A stretch of DNA of 64,000 nucleotides from Alcanivorax sp. (GCF_040118815.1 NZ_JBEDTC010000002.1:15894-79893), one strand, 5' to 3'. Positions 45,456-57,837 are shown, numbered from the stretch's first letter. Numbers and translations: made by a program. Notes: generated by a model from the letters alone, not told the origin.

Positions 45456-45905
45456 TTAGGCAGCCAGTTGGGTGGCCTGATGTTTGATCTTGGCGACCAT
45501 GGCGCGCAGGCCGTTGCCACGGGTGGGGCTGAGATGGCCGAGCAGGTCGATGCGGTCGAAGAAGGCATCCATGTCATAGTCTCGTGCGGCCTGGGGCGAC
45601 TGCCGGTTCAAGGCAGATAGAACGATGGCCGCCAGCCCTTTGACGATCAGGGCATCGGAATCCACCGCCAGATAGAGGGTGTCGTTGTCGCTGTCGAAAT
45701 CGGTTTCCAGCCACACCTGGCTCTGGCAGCCGCGCACAAAACGGTCTTCGGTCTTCAGCTCATCGGGCAGGCCTGGTAGTTGCTTACCCAGATCGATGAT
45801 ATAGCGATAACGCTCTTCCCAGTCATCCAGAAATTCCAGATCCTCGGCGATGTCCTCGGCGGTAATATCGCTGCCGAGCTTGATGCTGTGAATATCAAAT
45901 GACAC
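45456..45905 (-). CDS. sufE: cysteine desulfuration protein SufE
   Basis: ...DWEERYRYIIDLGKQLP...FVRGCQSQVWL... includes the conserved persulfide Cys. A GTG at 45905 with upstream ACGGAG is proposed as the start. The track's TTG at 46007 would overlap sufT by 20 nt. The start remains uncertain. Confidence 0.82.
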   Translation of the reverse strand: MSFDIHSIKLGSDITAEDIAEDLEFLDDWEERYRYIIDLGKQLPGLPDELKTEDRFVRGCQSQVWLETDFDSDNDTLYLAVDSDALIVKGLAAIVLSALNRQSPQAARDYDMDAFFDRIDLLGHLSPTRGNGLRAMVAKIKHQATQLAA

Positions 45906-45987
45906 GTCGTTGAGCTCCGTTATTTCTGCCTGCAGGGTTGCCGGGTTTTGCGTGCTGCATGTTGCGTGAAGCGTGCAGCGTCTCTTA

Positions 45988-46530
45988 TCAGAACATCCCC
46001 AGTTCAAGCTGGGCTTCGTCGCTGATCATTTCGCGGTCCCAAGGTGGGTCGAATACCAGGGCAACTTCCACCTTGTCTACGTTGGGCACTTTGCCCAAGC
46101 GGTCTTCCACGTCGCCGACCAGTACTGGGCCCATGCCGCAGGTGGGGGCGGTGAGCGTCATGCGTACCTGCACCACGTTTTGTCCGTCTCGCTGGATCAC
46201 GTCGCAGCCGTACACCAACCCTAGCGCGATGATGCTCACCGGAATTTCCGGATCAAAAATAGTGTCTAAGACGGTATCCAAGTCTTCATCACGGACGCTG
46301 CCATCGCTGTTGGCCGGGGCGAAGTTCAGCTCCAGCGGCTCTTGGCCGATGGCATCGGCATCGGTGCCGTCGATACGCGCCATGTTGCCGTTGACGGTGA
46401 CGGTGTAGGTGCCGCCGAGCGCCTGGCGCAGGTTAACGAAGCTGTTCTTGGGAATGGTGATGCGGGTGCCGTCCGGCACCTTGCGGGCCGGAACGTCGCG
46501 CTGAACCACTACCGTGCGTTGGTCTGCCAT
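45988..46530 (-). CDS. sufT: SUF system Fe-S assembly protein, long SufT (DUF59) type
   Basis: 180 aa. DUF59 core ...VLDTIFDPEIPVSIIALGLVY...MTLTAPTCGMGPVL... Confidence 0.82.
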   Translation of the reverse strand: MADQRTVVVQRDVPARKVPDGTRITIPKNSFVNLRQALGGTYTVTVNGNMARIDGTDADAIGQEPLELNFAPANSDGSVRDEDLDTVLDTIFDPEIPVSIIALGLVYGCDVIQRDGQNVVQVRMTLTAPTCGMGPVLVGDVEDRLGKVPNVDKVEVALVFDPPWDREMISDEAQLELGMF

Positions 46531-46549
46531 TGTTGTCCTGAGCTGGTGG

Positions 46550-46909
46550 TTAGACTTCGCCTACCGTAAAGCTTTCACCGCAGCCGCATTCGCCGGTGGC
46601 GTTGGGATTGCGGAACTTGAACAGGCTGTTGACGCCTTCGGTGACGTAGTCGATCACCAAGCCGTTGAGCATGGGCAGCCATTTTTCCGGTACGTAGAGG
46701 TTTACGCCGTCGATCTCGAACAGCTTGTCTCCATCCTTCGGTTCTTCCACGAAGTCCAGCGTGTACATGAAACCAGAGCAGCCGGATTCGTCCAGATCCA
46801 GACGAATGCCGCTGGCGCTGGCCCGCTGGATTTCACGCAGGGCCTGTTGATTGGCTGCTTCGGTCAGGTTAAGGGCGACCTGGCCGGGTTGGAATGTCTG
46901 AACGGTCAT
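46550..46909 (-). CDS. sufA: HesB/IscA family Fe-S cluster insertion (A-type carrier) protein
   Basis: ...ESGCSGFMY... and C-terminal CGCGESF. ATG at 46909. Confidence 0.88.
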   Translation of the reverse strand: MTVQTFQPGQVALNLTEAANQQALREIQRASASGIRLDLDESGCSGFMYTLDFVEEPKDGDKLFEIDGVNLYVPEKWLPMLNGLVIDYVTEGVNSLFKFRNPNATGECGCGESFTVGEV

Positions 46910-46990
46910 GTGATACCTACCTTGCATGAAACGCCAGACGCTGAACGCCCGACGCTTGACGCGAAAAAACCGGATCAGGTGTGCCTGGTG

Positions 46991-48199
46991 TCACAGGAAG
47001 GTTTTGACCTTCTCCAGACCTTCGAACAGGCGATCCACCTCTTCCAGCGTATTATAAATCGAGAATGAGGCCCTGACAGTACCCGGAATGCCCAAGCTAT
47101 CCATCAGCGGCATGGTGCAGTGATGGCCGGTGCGCACGGCGATGCCCTGTTTATCCAGCAACATACCCACATCGGCCGGGTGGCCGCCGTCCAGTAGAAA
47201 GGACAGCACACTCACTTTACTGGTGGCGGTACCGATGATTTTCAAGCCGTCGCAGGCCTGGGCGCGCTCGGTGGCGCGGGCTAGCAGGGCGTTTTCGTGG
47301 GCCGCAAAGGCTGGCCGGTCCTGCTGGTTCAGCCATTCAATGGCGGCGGCCAGGCCGATGACGCCGGCAATGTTGGGCGTGCCGGCTTCGAATTTGTAAG
47401 GCAGCTGGTTCCAGGTGCTCTTTTCAAAGCTCACCGTTTCGATCATTTCGCCGCCGGTCTGGTAGGGCGGCATGGCTTCCAGCAGTTCACGACGCCCATA
47501 GAGCACGCCGATGCCGGTGGGGCCGAACAGCTTGTGGCCGGAAAACGCGTAGAAGTCCACGTTCAGGGCCTGCACGTCCACCGGGAAGTGGCCCACGGCC
47601 TGGGCGCCGTCGATTAGCGTAATGGCGCCGGCGGCTTTCGCCTGGGCGACCATGTCTTTCACCGGGTTCAGCGTGCCTAGCGCATTGCTGGCATGGCCAA
47701 TGGCGAAGATTTTGGTGCGCTCACTGAGCAATTGCGCAAACGCATCCAAGTCCAGACTGCAGTCTTCGCGCAGCGGGATAACCTTTAGCGTGGCGCCGGT
47801 AGCGGCACATGCCTGCTGCCAGGGCACGATGTTGGCGTGGTGTTCGCTGGTGCCGATCAGCACTTCGTCGCCGGGCTGTAGGCGATCGCGGCCAATGCAC
47901 TGGGCCACCATGTTGATGGATTCGGTGGTGCCCTTGGTCCACAAAATTTCTTCGCGGCTGGCGTTAAGGAAGGCCGCCACGGTTTCGCGGGCGCCTTCAA
48001 ATTGGCCGGTGGCTTCGTCGCTCAGGTAATGAGCGCCGCGGTGCACGTTTGAATTCACCGTGCGGTAGTAGTTATCCAGCGCTGCCAGCACCGCCACCGG
48101 TTTTTGGGTGGTGGCGCCGTTATCCAGGTACACCAGCGGTTTGCCGTTGACCTGTTGATCCAGAATCGGAAATTGTGCGCGCAGGGCCTGAATATCCAT
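46991..48199 (-). CDS. sufS: SufS-type (class II) cysteine desulfurase
   Basis: MDIQALRAQFPILDQ..., FSGHKLFGPTGIGVLYG, RTGHHCTMP. The start at 48199 makes an ATGA overlap with the sufD stop. Confidence 0.93.
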   Translation of the reverse strand: MDIQALRAQFPILDQQVNGKPLVYLDNGATTQKPVAVLAALDNYYRTVNSNVHRGAHYLSDEATGQFEGARETVAAFLNASREEILWTKGTTESINMVAQCIGRDRLQPGDEVLIGTSEHHANIVPWQQACAATGATLKVIPLREDCSLDLDAFAQLLSERTKIFAIGHASNALGTLNPVKDMVAQAKAAGAITLIDGAQAVGHFPVDVQALNVDFYAFSGHKLFGPTGIGVLYGRRELLEAMPPYQTGGEMIETVSFEKSTWNQLPYKFEAGTPNIAGVIGLAAAIEWLNQQDRPAFAAHENALLARATERAQACDGLKIIGTATSKVSVLSFLLDGGHPADVGMLLDKQGIAVRTGHHCTMPLMDSLGIPGTVRASFSIYNTLEEVDRLFEGLEKVKTFL

Positions 48200-49428
48200 C
48201 ACGCGGCGGACTCTCCCGCTGGCGTGGTGTGACCCAGCTCGGCTTCCAGCCAGGGCGTGGCCCACTGCGCCACTTTTTCGTGGGGCAGGGTCATCAGCAG
48301 CTCGTTCACAAAGCCCAAGCTCAGCATGCGCTTGGCTTCGGCCGCCGGAATGCCGCGCGATTGCAGGTAGAATTGCTGCATGGCATCAAGCTGGCCGACG
48401 GTGGTGCCGTGGGCACACTTTACGTCGTCGTTGTAGATTTCCAGCTCAGGCTTGGTGTTGATTTCAGCGCCGGGGTTGAGCAGCAGGTTCTTGTTGGACA
48501 GCTCGGCATTGGTGCCGCTGGCACCGGGATGAATGTGGATACGGCCATTGAATACCGCCTTGCCACTTTCGCCGGCCAAGCCTTTGAAGTTCTGGTCCGA
48601 TTCACAATTGGGCACCGAGTGCTCTACGCACAGCTGATTGTCCACGTGGGTCTTGTGGCGCACCACGAAGATGCCTTTCATGTTCAGTTCGGCACCACTT
48701 TTGCTGACCAGGGCACGTACGTCGTTGCGGCGCAGGCGGTTGCCGGTCATCAGCTGGTAGCTGTCGACCTTGCTGACGCCTTGCTGGTCGATGACCAGGG
48801 TGCCGATATGCAAGCTGTTGGCTTGCTCGCCCTGCAGCCGGTAGTGGGTCAGCTGGGCGTTGTCGGCGGTAATCAGCGCGGTGACCGCGTTGGTCAGTGC
48901 TTGGCCTTCGGCGTGGTAATGCTCAATTACGGCGGCTTCGGCACCCTGATTCAATACCACTACCAAGCGCGGGTTGCAGTGCGCTGGGGTATCGCTGGCA
49001 GACTGGATCTGCACGTGGATGGGCTGCTCAATGCGGGTGTTGGCGGCCACGGTGAGTACCACCGGCTGGCTGGCAACGGCGCTGTTGTAGAAGGCAAACG
49101 GGGTCTGCAGGCCGTTGATGGCGGGGGCCTCGTGGGACAAGCTCACGCCATCGGGCAGATTATGGCTGACCAACTGGCCGTTGTTGATGGTTACCACGTA
49201 GTCAGACAGCGCCGGCAGCGGTTGACTGATCTGGCCGTCGGCGATGGCATTAAGGTGGCCGTCGGCCAGCGCCTGCAGCGAGGTGTATTTCCACTGCTCG
49301 GTCTTGCGCTCCGGAAAGTTCGCAGCTTCCAGCGCGGCCAAGGCATCGCCTTTGCTGCCGCTGTTGTTTGCGTTGGTCAGCGCCTGGCTTTTCAGTTCCT
49401 GCGCCAGGGCAGAAGCGGAGAGACTCAT
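48199..49428 (-). CDS. sufD: Fe-S cluster assembly protein SufD
   Basis: 409 aa. ...FPERKTEQWKYTSL..., beta-helix core, 4-nt overlap with sufC. Confidence 0.9.
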   Translation of the reverse strand: MSLSASALAQELKSQALTNANNSGSKGDALAALEAANFPERKTEQWKYTSLQALADGHLNAIADGQISQPLPALSDYVVTINNGQLVSHNLPDGVSLSHEAPAINGLQTPFAFYNSAVASQPVVLTVAANTRIEQPIHVQIQSASDTPAHCNPRLVVVLNQGAEAAVIEHYHAEGQALTNAVTALITADNAQLTHYRLQGEQANSLHIGTLVIDQQGVSKVDSYQLMTGNRLRRNDVRALVSKSGAELNMKGIFVVRHKTHVDNQLCVEHSVPNCESDQNFKGLAGESGKAVFNGRIHIHPGASGTNAELSNKNLLLNPGAEINTKPELEIYNDDVKCAHGTTVGQLDAMQQFYLQSRGIPAAEAKRMLSLGFVNELLMTLPHEKVAQWATPWLEAELGHTTPAGESAA

Positions 49429-50180
49429 GCGGACTCCTCTTCTCCGGTCAACCAGCCGTAACCTTTCTCTTCCAGCTCGTGGGCCAGTTCCTTACCGCCG
49501 GATTTGATGATCTGGCCGTTGGACAGAACGTGCACGAAGTCCGGCACGATGTAGTCCAGCAGGCGCTGGTAGTGGGTCACCAGCACAATGCCGCGCTCCG
49601 GGCTGCGCAGGGAATTGACGCCCTTGGCCACGGTCTGCAGGGCGTCGATGTCGAGGCCGGAGTCGGTTTCGTCGAGCATTGCCAGCTTCGGTTCCATCAG
49701 TAGCATCTGCATGATTTCGTTGCGCTTTTTCTCGCCGCCGGAGAAGCCTTCATTGACGCCGCGCTTGAGGAAGCTGGCATCCAGGTTGACCTGTTTGCAA
49801 GCGGCGCGGGCCTGGCGGAGCAAGGTGACTGAGTCCCACTCTTCCTTGCCCTGGGCGCCGCGCACAGATTCCAGTGCGGCTTTGAGAAATTCCATGTTGG
49901 AGACGCCGGGGATTTCCACCGGGTACTGGAATGCGAGAAACAGGCCAGCCTGGGCGCGCTCTTCCGGTTCCAAGTCAGCCAGGCTCTTGCCTTCAAAGAG
50001 GGCTTCGCCGCCGGTGATTGCGTAATTGTCACGACCCGCCAGCACGTTGGCCAGGGTGGATTTGCCGGAGCCATTGGGGCCCATGATGGCGTGTACCTCG
50101 CCCGGGTTAACGGTCAGGTTCAGGCCTTTGAGAATCGGCTTGTCCGCCACGGTGGCGTGAAGATCACGAATTTCCAGCAT
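49425..50180 (-). CDS. sufC: Fe-S cluster assembly ATPase SufC
   Basis: MLEIRDLHATV...GPNGSGKSTL...FSGGEKKRNEI...LDETDSGLD. Confidence 0.95.
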   Translation of the reverse strand: MLEIRDLHATVADKPILKGLNLTVNPGEVHAIMGPNGSGKSTLANVLAGRDNYAITGGEALFEGKSLADLEPEERAQAGLFLAFQYPVEIPGVSNMEFLKAALESVRGAQGKEEWDSVTLLRQARAACKQVNLDASFLKRGVNEGFSGGEKKRNEIMQMLLMEPKLAMLDETDSGLDIDALQTVAKGVNSLRSPERGIVLVTHYQRLLDYIVPDFVHVLSNGQIIKSGGKELAHELEEKGYGWLTGEEESA

Positions 50181-50255
50181 ATGTCGATGCGCCTTTCGGT
50201 TGGGCCGGGAATCCAGCCCGAGTTAATTCAGGGTGTTGTTCGGTGGAGCGGGGGC

Positions 50256-51695
<1,440 letters not shown>

Positions 51696-51728
51696 AGATC
51701 AGGGCCTGCGGTTCAGGTGGTGTTAGAA

Positions 51729-51780
51729 ATACCAGAGTAATTTAGTCGGGTATTATACGCCATTACAGGGCGCTGTCGAA
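51729..51780 (-). promoter_or_regulatory. candidate suf promoter (-35 TTCGAC, 17 nt spacer, -10 TATAAT) with an abutting IscR type-1-like operator
   Basis: The minus strand reads TTCGAC-N17-TATAAT. Overlapping the last two bases of the -10 is ATACCCGACTAAATTACTCTGGTAT (51753-51729). This matches ATASYYGACTRWWWYAGTCRRSTAT at 23 of 25 positions by my count. Confidence 0.55.
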
Positions 51781-52006
51781 TAGGGGGCGAGGAAGAAAAT
51801 GGGCGCCCCCGGTAACAGCAGGACATGGGCGCTTCCGACGGGGCGGCAACGGTATCATAATTCGCCCCGCTTGCGTATAATCCGCCGGTTCCAAGGGGTG
51901 GTGAAACTGGCAGCTTTGACTGGCCAGCGATCACCCCTGTCATTGCCCCGGACAGCCCTTGCTGTTCCCGAGGACCATTTAACGCAATTCTGGAGTGAAC
52001 TGACTG

Positions 52007-52438
52007 ATGGCTGTTGAGCGCACACTCTCTATCATCAAGCCTGATGCCGTGGCCAAGAACGTGATCGGCGAAATCGTTACCCGTTTCGAGAAGGCTGGCT
52101 TGAGCGTGGTTGCCATGAAAATGGTACACCTGAGCGACGAAAAAGCAGGCGGTTTCTACGCTGAGCACAAAGAGCGTCCTTTCTTCAAGGATCTGGTTGG
52201 CTTCATGACCAGCGGTCCCGTGGTTGTACAGGTGCTGGAAGGTGAAGATGCGGTTGCCAAAAACCGTGACCTGATGGGTGCTACCAACCCGAAAGATGCC
52301 GAAGCCGGCACTATCCGTGCAGATTTTGCGGAAACTATCGACGCAAACGCGGTCCATGGTTCTGACTCCACCGAGTCTGCCGCCCGCGAACTGGCCTACT
52401 TCTTCGCCGACGAAGAGGTTTGCCCGCGCGCCAGCTAA
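52007..52438 (+). CDS. ndk: nucleoside-diphosphate kinase
   Basis: [23 protein letters not shown]...NAVHGSDS. Confidence 0.97.
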   Translation: MAVERTLSIIKPDAVAKNVIGEIVTRFEKAGLSVVAMKMVHLSDEKAGGFYAEHKERPFFKDLVGFMTSGPVVVQVLEGEDAVAKNRDLMGATNPKDAEAGTIRADFAETIDANAVHGSDSTESAARELAYFFADEEVCPRAS

Positions 52439-52457
52439 TCTCAGCCAGCGTGCAATA

Positions 52458-52488
52458 CCAGCCACGACTCGGGTCGTGGCTGGCGTTT
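52458..52488 (+). terminator. terminator-like hairpin after ndk
   Basis: CCAGCCACGAC-tcgg-GTCGTGGCTGG followed by CGTTT. Confidence 0.6.
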
Positions 52489-52520
52489 AAAGGAAACCCG
52501 GTTTCCTATTGGAGAATGCT

Positions 52521-53663
52521 ATGACCGCCCAACAGAAGGTGAATCTGCTCGGCCTTTCTCGTCCGCAAATGGAAGAGTTCTTCCTGACCATGGGGGAGAA
52601 GAAGTTTCGTGCCCAGCAGGTGCTTAAATGGATCCATCACCACCAGGCGGATTCGTTCGAGCAAATGACCGATGTGGGTAAGGCATTGCGCCAGAAATTG
52701 TCCGAGGTGGCGGAAATCCGCGGCCCGGAGGTGACCCACGAGAGCATTAGCCGTGACGGTACCCGTAAATGGGTGTTCGAAATGGATAACGGCGGTGCCG
52801 TGGAAACCGTATTTATTCCCGATGGTCGTCGCGGCACCCTGTGTGTGTCATCCCAGGTGGGCTGTGCAGTGGATTGCAGCTTCTGTTCCACCGGCAAGCA
52901 GGGCTTTCAGCGCGACATGACTAGCGCCGAGATCATCGGTCAGGTGTGGCAGGCCAGCCGCGCCTTTGGCCCGCGTCGTAACCTGGGCCAGCACCCGATT
53001 ACCAATGTGGTGATGATGGGCATGGGCGAGCCCCTGCTTAATTATGACAAGGTGCTGACGGCCATGCGGATCATGAAAGATGATCTGGGCTACGGCATTG
53101 GTAAAAAACGCATCACCGTTTCCACCTCCGGGGTGATTCCGAAAATGAATCAGCTCAGTGAGGATCTGGATGTGTCCTTGGCAGTGAGCCTGCATGCGCC
53201 CAATGATGAGCTGCGTAACCAGCTGGTGCCGCTCAATCGCAAGTATCCGCTCAAAGATCTGATGGCGGCGTGCAAGAATTACAGCAAGAACATCACTCAT
53301 CGCCATAACACCATTACCATGGAATATGTGATGTTGCGGGATGTGAACGACAAGCCGGAACATGCCCGCCAATTGGTTAAACTGCTCAACGGCATTCCTG
53401 TGAAGGTGAACTTGATACCGTTTAACCCGTTTCCGCATGCCGGTTATGAGCGGTCGCGCAAGAACGATATTTTGGAGTTCCACAAGTACCTGAATGACAA
53501 TGGAGTGATGACCACGGTCAGGACAACGCGCGGCGATGATATCGATGCCGCTTGTGGTCAGTTAGTGGGGCAGGTGAAGGACCGTACCCGGCGCAGCGAG
53601 CGCTGGAAGGAATCCATTTTTCACCGCGCCGAACAAACCGATAACAACACAGCGCAGACCTAA
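52521..53663 (+). CDS. rlmN: 23S rRNA/tRNA (adenine-C2)-methyltransferase RlmN (radical SAM)
   Basis: ATG at 52521 after GGAGAA. CxxxCxxC motif ([11 protein letters not shown]). ...GMGEPLLNY... Confidence 0.95.
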   Translation: MTAQQKVNLLGLSRPQMEEFFLTMGEKKFRAQQVLKWIHHHQADSFEQMTDVGKALRQKLSEVAEIRGPEVTHESISRDGTRKWVFEMDNGGAVETVFIPDGRRGTLCVSSQVGCAVDCSFCSTGKQGFQRDMTSAEIIGQVWQASRAFGPRRNLGQHPITNVVMMGMGEPLLNYDKVLTAMRIMKDDLGYGIGKKRITVSTSGVIPKMNQLSEDLDVSLAVSLHAPNDELRNQLVPLNRKYPLKDLMAACKNYSKNITHRHNTITMEYVMLRDVNDKPEHARQLVKLLNGIPVKVNLIPFNPFPHAGYERSRKNDILEFHKYLNDNGVMTTVRTTRGDDIDAACGQLVGQVKDRTRRSERWKESIFHRAEQTDNNTAQT

Positions 53664-54448
53664 TGAAACGTTTTTTCCAGGTTATTTTTATCCTGTGCTT
53701 TGCAGGATTTTTTACCGCCGGGTGTGTGACGGTGGACGATGGGCCCAAGGTAAAAGTAAATGATGCGGTAAACAGCCGTGTGGCTGCTGGGTTGCAATAT
53801 TTGCAGCAAGGGAGTCCGTCAGAAGCTCGCCGCCATTTCTCTCGCGCGCTGAGTCTGGATGATGACAGTGCCGTTGCGCACAACGCCATGGCGTTGCTTT
53901 ACAAGTACGAGCAGGACCCTGAAAGGGAAGAATACCATTACCGCAAAGCGCTGGATGCGGATCGTCATTATTCCCCAGCCCTGAATAACTATGGCACCTT
54001 GTTGTATGGCCGTGGTGAGTACCAGCAGGCGTTGAAGCATTTCAAGAAAGCCGCCAACGATCCGTCCTATGAAGGCCGCGGCAGTGCCTGGGAAAACATG
54101 GGGCGCTGCTATCAGAAGCTGGGCAACGATGACGATGCACGCAATGCTTATGTGAAAGCGCTGCGTCTGAATCCGCGCTCTGTTCAGCCCAACCTGGAGC
54201 TGGCGCAGTTGTATTTCGATGAAAATCGGGGCCGTCTGGCCTGGGATTATTACCAGCAATATGTACAGCGTACCGGTCGCCAGAGTGCCCGCGCTCTGTG
54301 GCTGGGGATTCAACTGTCCAATACGTTGGGTTACCGCAACCAGCAATCCAGCTATGAGCTGGCGCTGGATAATTTGTACCGCCGCTCTGGCGAGTATCGT
54401 CAGTGGCAGGAATGGAAAGCTGAGCAAGAGAAAGGAGCGCAGCAATGA
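53663..54448 (+). CDS. pilW: type IV pilus biogenesis/stability TPR lipoprotein PilW
   Basis: Lipobox FTAGC, TPR repeats, and the conserved position between rlmN and rodZ. Confidence 0.8.
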   Translation: MKRFFQVIFILCFAGFFTAGCVTVDDGPKVKVNDAVNSRVAAGLQYLQQGSPSEARRHFSRALSLDDDSAVAHNAMALLYKYEQDPEREEYHYRKALDADRHYSPALNNYGTLLYGRGEYQQALKHFKKAANDPSYEGRGSAWENMGRCYQKLGNDDDARNAYVKALRLNPRSVQPNLELAQLYFDENRGRLAWDYYQQYVQRTGRQSARALWLGIQLSNTLGYRNQQSSYELALDNLYRRSGEYRQWQEWKAEQEKGAQQ

Positions 54449-55335
54449 GCGATGACATGGTGGTCTTACCCGGCGAACGTTGTCGCAAAGCCCGTGAAGC
54501 CCAAGGGATGACCCAGGCACAGGCGGCCCAGCGTTTGCACTTGTCGCTGACCTATCTGCAAAGCCTGGATGCGGACGATTATGAGCGCTTGCCGGAAGCG
54601 ACCTTTGTGAAGGGTTATTTGCGCAATTACGCGCGCCTTCTCGGGTTGCCGGCGGATGAAATCGCCAATACTTTCCAGCAGATGGTTAACGACGATGTGC
54701 TGGACAAGCCGCTGCAATTGCCGTCCATTACGCCGCCGCCTTCGGCCTGGCGCAAGCCGGTGCTGATTGCACTGGCGCTGGCAGTGCTGGTGGCGCTGTT
54801 GTGGGCGCTCTGGCCTGCCAGCGGAGAGCTGCCTGCTCTGCCGGAAAAAACGCCGGCGACAGAGCAAGACGCTGAGCCGGAAAACATGAATGAAAATGCC
54901 GGCGCCCAGTCTGCTGAAGGTGCCGTTGACGGGCTCGATGGCTTGGGCCCCGAAGGGGCCCCGGCAGGCGCCGACCTTGACGATGAAGGCATCACTGGCG
55001 ACGGTATGCAGGAAGGAGCGTCTGATATCGATCCAGCCAGCGATAGTCAGACCCAGCAGAGTGATGATGGCTCGTCCATGCTCGCGGCCAATGGCTTGGA
55101 TCGCCTGCTGCTCAGTTTTACCAGCAATTGCTGGATTAAGGTCACTGATGCCACCGGGCGCACCCTGCGCCAGGGCGAGCAATCCGGTGGCGCCTCTCTA
55201 ATGCTGGATGGCGAAGCGCCCTTCAGCCTGACTCTCGGTAACGCCGGTGCGGTGGACGAGCTGCGGGTAAACGGCAGCGCTGTCACCTTGCCGACGGATT
55301 CCCCCGGTAAAGTTGTGCGAATCTCCGCTCCCTGA
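54445..55335 (+). CDS. rodZ: RodZ-like cytoskeleton protein (HTH + TM + DUF4115)
   Basis: N-terminal HTH (…AREAQGMTQAQAAQRLHLS…), a TM helix, an acidic linker, and a C-terminal DUF4115-like beta domain. Confidence 0.8.
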   Translation: MSDDMVVLPGERCRKAREAQGMTQAQAAQRLHLSLTYLQSLDADDYERLPEATFVKGYLRNYARLLGLPADEIANTFQQMVNDDVLDKPLQLPSITPPPSAWRKPVLIALALAVLVALLWALWPASGELPALPEKTPATEQDAEPENMNENAGAQSAEGAVDGLDGLGPEGAPAGADLDDEGITGDGMQEGASDIDPASDSQTQQSDDGSSMLAANGLDRLLLSFTSNCWIKVTDATGRTLRQGEQSGGASLMLDGEAPFSLTLGNAGAVDELRVNGSAVTLPTDSPGKVVRISAP

Positions 55336-55356
55336 TTCGCGAGGGTAGAAAACACC

Positions 55357-56475
55357 ATGGAACCGGAAGTTAAAATTCAGCGTCGTAAAACCCGCCAAAT
55401 CATGGTGGGCAATGTCCCTGTCGGTGGCGATGCCCCGATCTCCGTACAAAGCATGACCAATACCGAAACCTGTGATGTGGATGCCACCGTTGGCCAGATC
55501 CGCCGTTTGCAGGATGCCGGTGTGGATATCGTGCGGGTGTCGGTGCCGTCCATGGATGCCGCGGAAGCCTTTGGCAAAATCCGCAAGCAGGTGGATGTGC
55601 CGTTGGTAGCGGATATCCATTACGACTACAAAATTGCTTTGGCGGTGGCCGAGCAGGGCGTCGATTGTCTGCGTATCAACCCCGGCAATATTGGCCGCGA
55701 AGACCGTATCAAGGCGGTGATTCAGTGCGCCAAGGACAAGGGCTTGCCTATTCGTATCGGTGTTAACGCCGGTTCGCTGGAAAAAGAGCTGCAACGCAAA
55801 TACGGGGAACCCACCTCCGATGCGCTGGTGGAATCGGCTCTGCGCCATGCGGATATCCTCGACCGTTACGACTTCCAGAACTTCAAGGTTAGCGTCAAGG
55901 CCTCCAATGTGTTCATGACGCTGCAAGCCTACCGCAAGCTATCCTCCCAGTTGGAGCAGCCGTTGCATCTGGGTGTTACCGAAGCGGGCACGTTCCGCTC
56001 CGGTACGGTGAAATCTGCGGTGGCACTGGGTTCGTTGCTGATGGAAGGCATTGGCGACACGATTCGTGTGTCCCTGGCTGCAGACCCGGTGGAAGAAGTG
56101 CGAGTAGGCTTTGATATTCTGAAAAGCCTGAACCTGCGCAAGAAAGGCGTGAACATCATTGCCTGCCCCAGCTGCTCACGTCAGAACTTCGATGTGATCA
56201 AGACGGTGAATGAGCTGGAGGCGCGCCTGGAAGACATCAATGAATCCGTGGATTTGGCGGTGATTGGTTGTCTGGTGAATGGCCCGGGCGAGGCCCGTGA
56301 AGTGGATGTGGGCCTTACCGGTGGCACACCGAATAATCTTGCGTATCGGGACGGCGAAAAGAGTCATCACATTACCGCTGACGATCTGGTCGATGAGCTG
56401 GAGCGAATGGTGCGTGCCAAGGTCCAGAAACAGCGCGAAGATGAAGAAAGGGGCATTATTGCCCGTAGTGAATAG
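55357..56475 (+). CDS. ispG: 4-hydroxy-3-methylbut-2-en-1-yl diphosphate synthase (flavodoxin)
   Basis: ...[28 protein letters not shown]..., CPSCSR Fe-S ligands. Confidence 0.96.
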   Translation: MEPEVKIQRRKTRQIMVGNVPVGGDAPISVQSMTNTETCDVDATVGQIRRLQDAGVDIVRVSVPSMDAAEAFGKIRKQVDVPLVADIHYDYKIALAVAEQGVDCLRINPGNIGREDRIKAVIQCAKDKGLPIRIGVNAGSLEKELQRKYGEPTSDALVESALRHADILDRYDFQNFKVSVKASNVFMTLQAYRKLSSQLEQPLHLGVTEAGTFRSGTVKSAVALGSLLMEGIGDTIRVSLAADPVEEVRVGFDILKSLNLRKKGVNIIACPSCSRQNFDVIKTVNELEARLEDINESVDLAVIGCLVNGPGEAREVDVGLTGGTPNNLAYRDGEKSHHITADDLVDELERMVRAKVQKQREDEERGIIARSE

Positions 56476-56483
56476 AAGGCTTG

Positions 56484-56507
56484 GCCGGGCGTGGGTTAAC
56501 GCCCGGC
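56484..56507 (+). terminator. hairpin after ispG (weak terminator/attenuator candidate)
   Basis: GCCGGGCG-tgggttaa-CGCCCGGC. A T5 run occurs only about 20 nt downstream. Confidence 0.35.
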
Positions 56508-56539
56508 GTTAGGCGTCCAGCGTTCTGCGTTTTTAAGGA

Positions 56540-57820
56540 ATGTTCGTGAGCAAGAAAATCACCTCCATCCGCGGGATGAACGACATCCTGCCGGAACAGA
56601 CCGGCCTGTGGCAGTGGCTGGAAGCAAAAGTGGGATCGGTGCTGGCCAGCTACGGCTATCAGGAAATCCGCATGCCCATTGTGGAACAGACTGACCTTTT
56701 TAAGCGCAGCATCGGCGAAGTCACCGATATCGTCGAAAAGGAAATGTACACCTTTGACGATCGCAACGGTGACAGCCTGACTCTGCGCCCGGAAGGTACG
56801 GCGAGCTGTGTGCGTGCCTGTGAGCAGCACGGCTTGCTGTACAACCAGACCCAACGGTTGTGGTACACCGGACCCATGTTCCGCTACGAGCGCCCTCAGG
56901 CCGGCCGGTATCGCCAGTTTCATCAGATTGGGGTGGAAACCTTTGGCATGACGGGGCCGGATATCGATGCCGAAGTGATTCTGCTCACCGCGCGTCTGTG
57001 GAAAGCCCTCGGTCTGACCGACAAGGTGACCTTGGAGCTAAATTCCCTGGGTGATAGTGCTGACCGGGCCCGTTACCGCGATGCGCTGGTGGCTTACCTG
57101 AAAACCCATTTCGATGCGCTTGACGGGGACTCACAGAAACGTCTGGAGCGCAGCCCGCTGCGCGTATTGGACAGCAAGGACCCGGGCACCCGCGGGGTGC
57201 TCAAGGATGCGCCGCAGCTGGCGGATTACCTGAATGATGACGCCGTGGCTCATTTTGAAGGCCTGAAAGCCTTGCTTGATGCCAGTGGCATTGCTTATAA
57301 AGTGAACCCCTATCTGGTGCGCGGGCTGGATTACTACGGCAAGACGGTCTTCGAATGGGTGACCGATGCACTGGGTGCTCAGGGCACGGTGTGTGCCGGT
57401 GGCCGTTATGATGGTCTGGTAGAGCAGCTGGGCGGCAAACCGACCCCGGCGGTGGGCTTCGCCATGGGCGTTGAACGGCTAATTTTGCTTATCGAGCAGG
57501 AAAAACCGGAACTGTCTGCGCCGGTGGACGTCTATGTGATGGCCATGGGCGATGTGCTCGCATCGACCATGGTGTTGTCCGAACAGCTTCGCGATGCCTT
57601 GCCCAACCGTGCAATTCAGTTGCACTGCGGTGGTGGTAGCTTCAAAAGCCAGATGAAAAAAGCCGATCGCAGCGGTGCTGCGGTGGCCTTGATCATCGGC
57701 GAAGATGAACTGGCCAATAACAGTGTTATGGTCAAACCCTTGCGCGGCCAGGCCGAGCAGCAGCAAGTATCCCGGGATCAGGTTGCCAGTGAGCTGGTAA
57801 CGCTCCTGGCGGACAATTAA
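56540..57820 (+). CDS. hisS: histidine--tRNA ligase
   Basis: ...[10 protein letters not shown]..., class II aaRS motifs. The in-frame GTG at 56546 has better spacing to AAGGA (56535-56539) and may be the true start. Confidence 0.96.
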   Translation: MFVSKKITSIRGMNDILPEQTGLWQWLEAKVGSVLASYGYQEIRMPIVEQTDLFKRSIGEVTDIVEKEMYTFDDRNGDSLTLRPEGTASCVRACEQHGLLYNQTQRLWYTGPMFRYERPQAGRYRQFHQIGVETFGMTGPDIDAEVILLTARLWKALGLTDKVTLELNSLGDSADRARYRDALVAYLKTHFDALDGDSQKRLERSPLRVLDSKDPGTRGVLKDAPQLADYLNDDAVAHFEGLKALLDASGIAYKVNPYLVRGLDYYGKTVFEWVTDALGAQGTVCAGGRYDGLVEQLGGKPTPAVGFAMGVERLILLIEQEKPELSAPVDVYVMAMGDVLASTMVLSEQLRDALPNRAIQLHCGGGSFKSQMKKADRSGAAVALIIGEDELANNSVMVKPLRGQAEQQQVSRDQVASELVTLLADN

Positions 57821-57837
57821 TAAGAAAGGAGAGCAGG

